Assembly: GCA_963678815.1 (NCBI GenBank)
Contig: OY787460.1
Coordinates: forward strand, 6,394,861 to 6,458,860
Length of the DNA: 64,000 bases
Source of the DNA: Victivallales bacterium
Lineage (GTDB): Bacteria > Verrucomicrobiota > Lentisphaeria > Victivallales > G963678815
Reading direction: 5' to 3'
Part shown: piece by piece, positions 45,546 through 54,563 of the stretch
Position numbering within the stretch: position 1 is the first letter of the stretch
Layout of the letters: each line of letters opens with the position of its first letter
Made by a program: the position numbers and the translations under genes
The notes under the pieces: generated by a model
Seen by the model: only the letters and a program-made list of their open reading frames with translations
Database searches by the model: none
Told to the model about the DNA's origin: nothing

Positions 45546-47030
45546 ATGATTTCGACAACCCCCAAACCTAATGTGCTGGTGATCCTTGCCGATCAGCACC
45601 GCTGGGACTGTATCGGCGCTAACGGCAATCCCGATATCAAGACCCCGAATCTGGATAAACTCGCCACGGAAGGAACTTCGTACCATAACAGTTTTACGGT
45701 ATTCCCGGTATGCACCCCGTCGCGCTATTCCCTGCTCTGCGGGAAATTCGTCCGGAATCACTGCTGCTGGACGAATCACGCCACTTTGCGCCAGGAATTT
45801 CCGACTTTCGCCCGAACCATGCGCAACAACGGTTACTCTACCGCGGCGGTTGGAAAGATGCATTTCAGCCCCACATACATCGACGTCGGTTTCGAGCGGA
45901 TGAAACTCTGTGAACAGCACGGCGACGGGCGCTGGGACGATGATTATCACCGTGAGTTGCGGAAACTCGACCTTGTTGACCGTCTTGACCTGCTCGACCA
46001 GCGTGACGAATATTTTGAAAACGCTCCGCCGGTGTATCACGAATCCTGCGGTTCCGAGCCAACCAACCTCCCCGAACACCTTTATTCAACCGAGTGGATA
46101 GCCGATAAAGCGTTGGAGGAGATCGACAATTGGAATCAGGATGGAAACTTATTGATGGTAGGGTTCGTCAAACCGCATCACCCGTTCGATCCTCCGCAAA
46201 AATGGTGGGACATGTACGATCCCGAGGAGCTTTCCCTGTTGCCCGGCTGGACAGAACAACCCCTTTCCGTGGATATGGACCGCGACCAAGGGCGTTTCCC
46301 GCATCCTGGAATCACTCCCGAACGCTGCCGGAATGTCATGGCGCGATATTATGCGGCTATCAGCGAAATCGATGAAAAAGTCGGCGAATTGGTTGGCCGG
46401 CTCAAACAGAAAAACATGCTCGATAATACCATTATAATCTACACCAGCGACCACGGCGATTACATGGGTTTCCATCACATGATCTTGAAATCCAATCATT
46501 TGTATGATCCTTTGATTAAAGTACCGCTGATTATCAGATACCCGGAAGCATTCAAGCCGTCGGTAAGTGACAGAATGGTTAGCAATATCGATATTTTTCC
46601 AACGTTGGTAGAACTTGCCGGATTACCGGAACCGGAAAACCTGCCGGGCATTTCAGTCCTTAACAAACAGGAGGAACATGAATTGATTTTCAGTGAAGTG
46701 GACCGGGGATATTACTCATTGGTCAGGTCGCGCCGGTATAAATTTATCCGGGACCGGAGAAATAACCTGGAATTGCTGTTCGATCTGGAAACCGATCCAT
46801 TCGAGGAACACAATGTTGCGGACAATCCTGAATATGCTGACACAAAAAAGCAATTAGCTGCCGCTCTGGACAACTGGGAAAAACAATTGGTTTGCAAAGA
46901 GAACCATCTCGATGAAAACGCCCCAGCCATTACTGCGCCAAATGTGCCGGAGAATATTTCCGGGCATCGAATAAGTATCGGCAAATGGTACAATGAAAAG
47001 ATGAAAAAGGAAATCCAGGTATATGGGTAA
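45546..47030 (+). CDS. Sulfatase (Cys-type), no signal peptide
   Basis: PKPNVLVILADQHRWD...FPVCTPSRYSLLCGKF...TSDHGD. Confidence 0.9.
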   Translation: MISTTPKPNVLVILADQHRWDCIGANGNPDIKTPNLDKLATEGTSYHNSFTVFPVCTPSRYSLLCGKFVRNHCCWTNHATLRQEFPTFARTMRNNGYSTAAVGKMHFSPTYIDVGFERMKLCEQHGDGRWDDDYHRELRKLDLVDRLDLLDQRDEYFENAPPVYHESCGSEPTNLPEHLYSTEWIADKALEEIDNWNQDGNLLMVGFVKPHHPFDPPQKWWDMYDPEELSLLPGWTEQPLSVDMDRDQGRFPHPGITPERCRNVMARYYAAISEIDEKVGELVGRLKQKNMLDNTIIIYTSDHGDYMGFHHMILKSNHLYDPLIKVPLIIRYPEAFKPSVSDRMVSNIDIFPTLVELAGLPEPENLPGISVLNKQEEHELIFSEVDRGYYSLVRSRRYKFIRDRRNNLELLFDLETDPFEEHNVADNPEYADTKKQLAAALDNWEKQLVCKENHLDENAPAITAPNVPENISGHRISIGKWYNEKMKKEIQVYG

Positions 47031-50025
47031 ACTTGCTGAAATCCTTGGTTTGCTGATTGCTCGTGAACAGGCTTTGCTGAATGGAATCGAGATTAATTGG
47101 CGTTATCCTGAAATTGCTCCGAAAAACCCTCTGGATTTCCGGATTACCCCGGGAATGCAGGTACTCGATCCACAAAAATCCGGCCCCTGGAAAGCGAATT
47201 GCGACAACTGGTTTTACGCCGAAATCGAGTTTCCGGAAAGCTTTGAAGGCCATCACCTTGACAACAGCAGTGCGTTGCTTTATATCGGCGGCTGGATGCC
47301 GTTTCAACTCTGGATCGACGGGAAGGAGTTTTTCCGAGAAAATCAAGCATGGCACGCCACCGGCCCGATTGTTCAGCCACTGTCGGTTCCGGTTGTTTCC
47401 GGGAAAAAATGCCGGCTGGTCTTGAAGGTACGCCCTACCTCTATTCCCGGAAATATAATTAATTTGCGTTTCAAGGTAGTTTTTGAATACTGTGAATTTT
47501 TGGCAATGGAACTTGCCTCTACAACCGCGCAAATTCAATATTCCCTGGTTCTGGCAAAGACAGATAATCAAAGAAATATTGTTGAACAGGCTACCGATAA
47601 TCTAGATATTTCCGCATTGAAAGAAAATCGTTGGCAGGATTTCCTTGAATCGATTTTCTTAATGGAAAATAAGCTCGAATGCTTCCGGGAAGAAGCGCGA
47701 AAAATGACTGTGCACCTTGCCGGACACGCTCATCTCGATATGGACTGGCTGTGGACCTGGGAAGATACGGTTTCCTGTATCAGGCGGGATTTTAAAGCAG
47801 TGGTTGATGTCCAGAAAGAATATCCGGAAGTAACATTCACTCACAGTCAGGTTCCGACTTATAAGGTGGTGGAAAAATCGGATCCTGAAATTTTCCAGCA
47901 GGTTAAAGACGCAATTAAAAAAGGTACATGGGAACCGGTAACAGGGTTGTGGGTGGAAGGTGATTTTTATCTGTCCGATGGTGAAGCATTTGCCCGTCAT
48001 GCGGAATTTGCACGGGAATGGTCGGATAAAAATCTAGGCACTTGTTCTCCGGTCCTCTGGGCCCCGGACACTTTCGGGCATCCGGCAAATATGCCGCAGC
48101 TGGCGAAACTTGCCGGATTCGATGCGTATTACCACTGGCGTTCAAATCCATCCGGTGAAGACCGATTTGCCCCGCATTTTGCCCAGGCTACGCAAAATAT
48201 TACCGGAAAAATCACGGAATCCACTCCTTGGCCAGCCAGGATATGGCAGGGATGCGACGGTTCGGAAATTCTGGCGCTGTCGCAATGCTACAACGGAACG
48301 CTGTATCCACGAAATATCATGGAAAATGTTATTAATCATTACCGTTTCGGACTGCATGACACATTAAGCATCTGGGGCTTGGGAGATCATGGCGGCGCAC
48401 TTAATTTACGTCAGCTTAAAATTCTAGATAAATATAAAAATAAACCGGTAATGCCTAAGTTTAATTTTGCAACAGTATCAGAATATTGTAAAATAATTCA
48501 TAAACAAAAAGAAAATCTACCGCGTAATCAGGGAGAGTCTTTTCACGTTTTTGAAGGCTGTTTCACCACAAATGCAAAAATAAAAAGTTACAACCGCCAG
48601 TGTGAACAGGCGTTACTGGAAGCGGAAACGCTGGCGGCAATCGCGGGGCTTGATGCTTCCGGGGAATTGCGGGACGCCTGGAAAAACGTGTTGTTTAATC
48701 AATTTCATGACATTATTGCCGGAACCAGCGTTGCGGAAGCTTATGAAAATGCTTATTCCCGTGCCGGGAATGCCCTTGCCGCCGCCAAGATCATCAGAAC
48801 GGAAGCTTGCAGGATAATCACGGAACCAGTGACCGGAAAAAAAAGTATTATTAATACGTTAGGGGTTGCTTACACTGGCCCGGTGGATGGATCATGGGTG
48901 GAAAACGTTCCGCCGTTTTCAGTTGTCGAGATGGATTGCCGGAAAACTGATAAAAAATTGAATATTGCGGAAGAAAGCGGATATTTCCTGCTTGAAACAG
49001 ATTACGTAAAATTGCGGATCCAAAAAGAGTCAGGAGTAATTGTAGAATATTTCAGCAAAAAACTGAAACGGGATTTACTGGTTAAAAATAAAAATGCGCC
49101 TGAACTTGGTCTTGTTGAACGTCCTGACTTTGGCTTGAATGTATTGAGTTTTGCCGATGAAACGCCAAATTCCATGACCGCATGGCTGAACTCCGGGCTT
49201 TACCGTAAGGAACCGCTTATCAGGGATGCGGAAACAAAACTGGTCTCGGCTGACTCGGTATGCGCGGTATTTAAAACCGTTTATAATCACCGTAACAGTA
49301 ATATTATTCAAACCATGATAGTATACGGATATTGTGAAAGAATCGATTTTATTATTGATGCCGACTGGCATGAAAAAGGATCTGATAAAGTCGGGGTTCC
49401 GCAACTGCGGATGCAGTTCAACAGCATAACCAGCAATCCGGTTCTGACCACCGACACTATCTTCGGATGGAATAGGTACAATCCTGACGGTAAAACCAAA
49501 CCACAGCAGAAATGGGCTGATTTATCAGGCACGGATTGGGGTTTCACAATTTTCAACGACTCTGTTTACGCCTGCGAAACAATTGGAACCGCGCTGGAAA
49601 TCCCACTGCTCCGCAACGCTTATTTCCCGGCGGCGGATTTAGATTCCGGAAGTCACCGTTTCAGGTTGTCTTATGTCCCTCATCTCGGACCATGCGATCC
49701 TGGAGCAGCCGTAAAGATAGGACTTTGTTTTCAGCGTCGGCCACTTGCCTTGAAAGGTGCAGATTCTCATAATTGCAATCTTCCTTTTAAATTTGATATT
49801 GACAGTCCGGTTATCTGTACGTCACTGACTAAAATTGACAGCGGTTTCAGAATAAGATTATTCAATCCGTATGAGAAAGAGAAAGCAACTTCTATTGATT
49901 TAAATGGTTCGATAACAGGTATTGAACTGATTGATTTTACCGGAAAGAAAATCGCGGATTTGCCTGACTGCCGGAAATTGCATTTTGCTCCTTTTGAAAT
50001 AAAAACCTTGTTATTTAAGAAATAA
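47023..50025 (+). CDS. Glycoside hydrolase family 38 alpha-mannosidase, cytoplasmic
   Basis: HLAGHAHLDMDWLWTWEDTV (metal-site motif), LWAPDTFGHP (nucleophile Asp region), and NQFHDIIAGTSV. 1000 aa, no signal peptide. The start overlaps the sulfatase stop by 8 nt. Confidence 0.9.
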   Translation: MGKLAEILGLLIAREQALLNGIEINWRYPEIAPKNPLDFRITPGMQVLDPQKSGPWKANCDNWFYAEIEFPESFEGHHLDNSSALLYIGGWMPFQLWIDGKEFFRENQAWHATGPIVQPLSVPVVSGKKCRLVLKVRPTSIPGNIINLRFKVVFEYCEFLAMELASTTAQIQYSLVLAKTDNQRNIVEQATDNLDISALKENRWQDFLESIFLMENKLECFREEARKMTVHLAGHAHLDMDWLWTWEDTVSCIRRDFKAVVDVQKEYPEVTFTHSQVPTYKVVEKSDPEIFQQVKDAIKKGTWEPVTGLWVEGDFYLSDGEAFARHAEFAREWSDKNLGTCSPVLWAPDTFGHPANMPQLAKLAGFDAYYHWRSNPSGEDRFAPHFAQATQNITGKITESTPWPARIWQGCDGSEILALSQCYNGTLYPRNIMENVINHYRFGLHDTLSIWGLGDHGGALNLRQLKILDKYKNKPVMPKFNFATVSEYCKIIHKQKENLPRNQGESFHVFEGCFTTNAKIKSYNRQCEQALLEAETLAAIAGLDASGELRDAWKNVLFNQFHDIIAGTSVAEAYENAYSRAGNALAAAKIIRTEACRIITEPVTGKKSIINTLGVAYTGPVDGSWVENVPPFSVVEMDCRKTDKKLNIAEESGYFLLETDYVKLRIQKESGVIVEYFSKKLKRDLLVKNKNAPELGLVERPDFGLNVLSFADETPNSMTAWLNSGLYRKEPLIRDAETKLVSADSVCAVFKTVYNHRNSNIIQTMIVYGYCERIDFIIDADWHEKGSDKVGVPQLRMQFNSITSNPVLTTDTIFGWNRYNPDGKTKPQQKWADLSGTDWGFTIFNDSVYACETIGTALEIPLLRNAYFPAADLDSGSHRFRLSYVPHLGPCDPGAAVKIGLCFQRRPLALKGADSHNCNLPFKFDIDSPVICTSLTKIDSGFRIRLFNPYEKEKATSIDLNGSITGIELIDFTGKKIADLPDCRKLHFAPFEIKTLLFKK

Positions 50026-50026
50026 T

Positions 50027-52180
50027 ATGATTAAGCGAAAAAATGACGGAATCACTATCAAGAGCGGTATTATTAAATCGCTTTACCTGAATGGCAATGA
50101 ATTAGTCGTGCCCGGTTCCGGAGAATCCTTGTGGAAAATGGAGTTAAGAAACCGGGAAACTTTAGAGACATGTTGTATATCCGCAACTGAATGTAAAGAT
50201 TGGAAACGGACTGAAGAAATCTTTCGTGAATCCGAAAAAATCACCTTAAAATATGTAATAAATGATAATAAAAAAGACATTATTTCCTTTAAAATTCAAG
50301 TAATTTTACGTGACGGCAAAGCGGAATTTAATTTTTTCATTAAAAGCATATTTGCTGATTGGCAATTGTCAAGGGTATGGTGTCCGGTGATACCCCTTGA
50401 ACGGCTTCCCGCCGGAAAAACTGACGGCAAACTTTTAATTCCGCATTACTGCGGACAGGTTATCCAAGATCTGCATAATGAACCGGAGAGAATTGTAGAT
50501 TACGGAGACGACGCTTTGATGGCAATTGCCCGTTGCCGGTATCCATCGAAACACGCAACTTTACAGATGGCTTTTTACTTTGGCGACGCAGGCGGAGCAT
50601 TGTTTATGACTCCAGATCCGCAACGCAAACTCAAGGAATTTTTATTCGACCGCAATCCGGAAACAAATGGAGTACGCGCAAGTTTTCTGCATTATTTCAA
50701 CAATCCGGAAACAGAAATAACTGATTTGAGTCCCGGTTGTCCCTCGGTAGTTGAGTGGGTTGACGGCGACTGGTTCGACGCCGCCCAGGTTTACCGGAAA
50801 TGGGCCGAACAGCAAACCTGGACGGAGAAAACCATTCCGGAGCGCGAAGATATTCCGGATTGGCTGAAGACTCTTCCGCACTGGCTCAGGACCCCGAAAG
50901 ACATCAATGTTCCCTGGGAAAATTTCATGGACTGGCCGCTGAAATGGGCCGAGGCCACAGGAAAACCGATGGGAGTGCATGTTTACGGCTGGGATGCTCC
51001 GGGCGGACCGGTAAATACCAATTATCCGAAAATGGGAAAGCCGCGCGCGGAGTTTGCGGAAATGGTGAAATGCTTTCATGACTCCGGGATTTTTGTTATG
51101 CCTTATACCAACACCAGAGTGACCTGCACCGACAGTCCGGCTTGGGATGATTTTAATGATACTCCGGTCCTGGACCGTAAGGGAAATATTGCTTCAGTTG
51201 AAAGTTGGGGCAGCAATACAACGGACCAGAAAGAGTTCAATCTGGCGATTAAAGGCGGCAGGAAAGTTAAATACGAAAATTACGCCGGTTTGCCTGCCAT
51301 GATGATATTTCATAATTTCGCGGTGAGTTGTGCCGGTGCGGAAAAATGGCAGGAAAATATTCGCGAAAACACCATGAGTCTGCTTATTGATGAAAAGGTT
51401 GACGCGGTTTATCAGGACCAGCTGGGAAGCATTCCGCTGATTTGCTACGACTCCCGGCACGGACATTATCCCGGAGATCCGGAAGCCTGGCAACGGGGAA
51501 CCGAAAAAACCTATCGCGAAATCCGTGAATCCATGCGCCGGGAAAATATCAAAGGGGCGCTGATTTCCGAATATATTTGCGAAGCGCAATTGCCGTATAT
51601 TCACGGCGCACTGACGATAAGCCCGGCAATGGCGTTCCATTCGGCACTGCCGCTTTTTCAGGCGATTTATCATCCTTATTTCATTTCTCTAGGCTGGATC
51701 GAAGCAAAACCGGCAAGTTTGAAGCGTGATAAACATGAGTATCTGCGTCAGCTCATGCAGCCGTTTTTTTACGGCAACCAGCTGGGCTGGTTTTTCTATA
51801 CTGTTGAGGAACTGATCGAGAATCATCCCGACTTGGTTTCGTGTTACCGGAAAATGGTTGATCTGCGGAAAAAATATCCGGAGATGCTTTGTTACGGAAG
51901 GCTGTTACGCCCTCCCCAAACCACCGGTTTCAAACAGGATGTTTTCGGAGCAATGTTTTCTGATTTGTCCGGGAAACGGATGCTGGCGGTGTTCGGAAAC
52001 TTTACGGAAAGGACGCAGAGCGGCAAAGCGGCATTGGATATTTCCACTGAAAAAGGACCGGCTGTGATTGATCTGGAGCTGCCCCCATGCTCAGTGCGGG
52101 AATTCGTGTTCACCAAGTCAGGTGTTAAACTTACAAATCTTTCCGGTACTGCAACGGAGAAACTCCGGTCTTCCGTTTAA
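50027..52180 (+). CDS. Cytoplasmic paralog of the 43324-45537 GH-like protein
   Basis: Same motif set (WFDAAQVYRKWA, VHVYGWD, MPYTNTRV, DAVYQDQL, GHYPGDPEAW, ISEY) but no signal peptide (MIKRKNDGITIKSG). Confidence 0.5.
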   Translation: MIKRKNDGITIKSGIIKSLYLNGNELVVPGSGESLWKMELRNRETLETCCISATECKDWKRTEEIFRESEKITLKYVINDNKKDIISFKIQVILRDGKAEFNFFIKSIFADWQLSRVWCPVIPLERLPAGKTDGKLLIPHYCGQVIQDLHNEPERIVDYGDDALMAIARCRYPSKHATLQMAFYFGDAGGALFMTPDPQRKLKEFLFDRNPETNGVRASFLHYFNNPETEITDLSPGCPSVVEWVDGDWFDAAQVYRKWAEQQTWTEKTIPEREDIPDWLKTLPHWLRTPKDINVPWENFMDWPLKWAEATGKPMGVHVYGWDAPGGPVNTNYPKMGKPRAEFAEMVKCFHDSGIFVMPYTNTRVTCTDSPAWDDFNDTPVLDRKGNIASVESWGSNTTDQKEFNLAIKGGRKVKYENYAGLPAMMIFHNFAVSCAGAEKWQENIRENTMSLLIDEKVDAVYQDQLGSIPLICYDSRHGHYPGDPEAWQRGTEKTYREIRESMRRENIKGALISEYICEAQLPYIHGALTISPAMAFHSALPLFQAIYHPYFISLGWIEAKPASLKRDKHEYLRQLMQPFFYGNQLGWFFYTVEELIENHPDLVSCYRKMVDLRKKYPEMLCYGRLLRPPQTTGFKQDVFGAMFSDLSGKRMLAVFGNFTERTQSGKAALDISTEKGPAVIDLELPPCSVREFVFTKSGVKLTNLSGTATEKLRSSV

Positions 52181-52961
52181 AGAACGAGGAAAAGACGTAA
52201 ACGTTGGCGAAGTTGAGCGATTCCGCGATTTCCGAGATGTTCCGTTCGGAGTTTTCGAGCATGTTCTGAGCCATGGAAAGTTTGCGGTTCAACCAGTATG
52301 AATAAGGATACATGCCAGTAACCGCTTTAAATTTTTTCCGGAAACTTTCATATCCCACTTTTTCCATTTTCAGAAACTTCTTGACATCGAAATGGCGCTC
52401 CCGGGTATTCTCATCGACATATTTCCGAAATTTTTCAATGATATTCAAGGATTCCTCATCGGAAAGGAATTCGTTGTGATATGTGCTGGTGATTTCCGCG
52501 AGCAGCGAACACAGTTCCCCGGACGCCTGGGCCGCCGCGATTCCAGTGTTTTTTTTGCTCATTTCAAGAATATACTCAAAAGAATAGCGGAATTTTCGCG
52601 GATTTTCCGGTTTTAAAACAATCGGTTTACCGGGGGAGATCATGTTCATCATGGTTTCCGCGAGTTTACCGTTAAATCTGATCCAGATGTGTTTGAAAAA
52701 CGCCCCGGGAACCGGCTTATAACTGTACCAGTGGCCCTGGAAGGCCAGAATCAAACAGTCCTTTTTAAAAAACATCGGCTTACCGCTGGCCCGGCTCAGG
52801 TATCCGGAGCCATCAAGCACGTAATCAAGCCCGTAAGCCCTTGGCATATAGCCGCCGGCCTTTTCATGGCGATTGTCGTCAATGACTGTTTCCGCCAGTT
52901 TGGTTATCTCAAGCACCGAGGAGAAAGCGTTTTCCGGAGGATAATAAATAACTTCTTCCAT
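52131..52961 (-). CDS. AraC family transcriptional regulator
   Basis: Cupin-like N-terminus. C-terminal HTH: ISEIAESLNFANVYVFSSFFKRKTGVSPLQYRKDL. The 3' end overlaps the convergent 50027-52180 gene by 50 bp. Confidence 0.9.
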   Translation of the reverse strand: MEEVIYYPPENAFSSVLEITKLAETVIDDNRHEKAGGYMPRAYGLDYVLDGSGYLSRASGKPMFFKKDCLILAFQGHWYSYKPVPGAFFKHIWIRFNGKLAETMMNMISPGKPIVLKPENPRKFRYSFEYILEMSKKNTGIAAAQASGELCSLLAEITSTYHNEFLSDEESLNIIEKFRKYVDENTRERHFDVKKFLKMEKVGYESFRKKFKAVTGMYPYSYWLNRKLSMAQNMLENSERNISEIAESLNFANVYVFSSFFKRKTGVSPLQYRKDL

Positions 52962-53075
52962 ATTGTACCTTTTTTAATAAAATATATACCTGTTCTTATA
53001 TTCCATTATCATACTTTATTGCATAACTTAATACAAGAGACTTAAGATGTAAAACTACTTTTGCGGGAATTTGAG

Positions 53076-54548
53076 ATGTTTGAATTCGATGCGGATAAAA
53101 TAGCCTTGAAAGGCAAAAAGATTTATGAAACGGCAGTGGGCTTGCTCAGACAGCACGGCATGCTGGTGCAGGATGAATTTTGTCGTGAAAGGATACTTCA
53201 GCATGACGGAACCCGGATTGAAGGAGAGCGGATTTGCTATTCCGGGGAATTGATCCGGAAGCTGGTTCCGTTTGACGGCAAAAATCAAGAGCAGCTCTGC
53301 GATACGGATGGAATGTCCTTTCATTTCCGTGGCAATTGCGAAGACGAAGCAGGATACCGTTTCCGCGCCGGTGGATTTGCCATGGCGGTTTACGATGCCG
53401 GGTTGAAAAAAACGCGTCCGTCAACCATGAAAGACCTTGAAGAAGCTTTAATGCTATGTGACGTAATGGGTTTTGGGGGACATTATCCCTGTACTGCCAC
53501 GGACTGCAATCCGGAGCTGAGAAATGTGGCTTCGCATTACATGAACTTCAGTAAATCCAGGTTTAACTGTACACATGTTTGTATCGGTACGGAGCAGGCG
53601 GAATTCATTTACCGGCTGCACGAAGTAATGGGACCTGAAGCCCGGATGCCTATCACCATGACCATTGTTACACCGTTCCGGATCGAGGAAACCAACCTGA
53701 AAGTTATCAGGTATTTCATGGAAAAAGAAGTGCCGTCGGAGTCAATCCGGATAGTTCCGGTAGCATATGGTCTGGGAGGAATGAATTACCCGATCACCCT
53801 GGGCGGTTCCTGGGCCTTGAGCATTGCCGAACACATGGGATTGAAAACAACCGCAACACTGCTGGACAGCGGATTTAAAATCGAACCGGGGATCGGCCCG
53901 GCCGGAATTGGCCCGATAGATTTCAACAACATGTGTCTGGCGCTGGGAAATCCGAACCAGTTTTTTTATCATTTCGCGAATAATATCCTGGCGCATGCCG
54001 TGTTCGGTCGCGACTGGCGGGAATACCCGGTAATTCCCCAGGAACTCTGGACCGGAAGCCCGGTTCCGGATTCCCAGGCCGCGGCCCAGAAACTCGCCGC
54101 CGCGATTTTCGGTCATTTGCACGGCTGTAAAAGATTCAGCACCCTGGGCAATCTTTGCGTCGACGATGTCTTCTCCTGTGAACAGATGCTTTTGGACACG
54201 GAAATGATAAAATACGCCGGACAGGTGGTAACACAGTTCGGCAAAGCTGATGATTTCATGGACCTGGCGAGTTTAGAGCAGGAGGTAAACGACTTTGTTA
54301 TAAACGGCACAAATTTCATGATGGCGGATTCCACCCTGAGACATCTTCGAAACCTGTGTCCGGAACCCGGAATATTCGTTCACAAAAAGCTTCCCGCTAT
54401 TTCCAATACCGGCAGTGACCGGTTGCTGAAAAAACTTACGGCACGGAAAGAAAAGTTGTTGAAACAATATGATTTCGCTTTGCCGGAATCACAGCAGCGT
54501 GAACTTGATAAAATTTTCGCGGAAGCCCAAAAGAAACTAACAGAATAA
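53076..54548 (+). CDS. MttB-superfamily (trimethylamine methyltransferase-like) protein, divergent, non-pyrrolysine
   Basis: N-terminus KGKKIYETAVGLLRQHGMLVQDEFCRERILQHDGTRIEGERICYSGELIRKLV follows the family's N-terminal pattern. Central YPITLGGSWALSIAEHMG corresponds to the PVTLAG region. The track start at 53061 is a TTG; I prefer the ATG at 53076. Confidence 0.65.
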   Translation: MFEFDADKIALKGKKIYETAVGLLRQHGMLVQDEFCRERILQHDGTRIEGERICYSGELIRKLVPFDGKNQEQLCDTDGMSFHFRGNCEDEAGYRFRAGGFAMAVYDAGLKKTRPSTMKDLEEALMLCDVMGFGGHYPCTATDCNPELRNVASHYMNFSKSRFNCTHVCIGTEQAEFIYRLHEVMGPEARMPITMTIVTPFRIEETNLKVIRYFMEKEVPSESIRIVPVAYGLGGMNYPITLGGSWALSIAEHMGLKTTATLLDSGFKIEPGIGPAGIGPIDFNNMCLALGNPNQFFYHFANNILAHAVFGRDWREYPVIPQELWTGSPVPDSQAAAQKLAAAIFGHLHGCKRFSTLGNLCVDDVFSCEQMLLDTEMIKYAGQVVTQFGKADDFMDLASLEQEVNDFVINGTNFMMADSTLRHLRNLCPEPGIFVHKKLPAISNTGSDRLLKKLTARKEKLLKQYDFALPESQQRELDKIFAEAQKKLTE

Positions 54549-54563
54549 TAGCAAAACAAGAAA

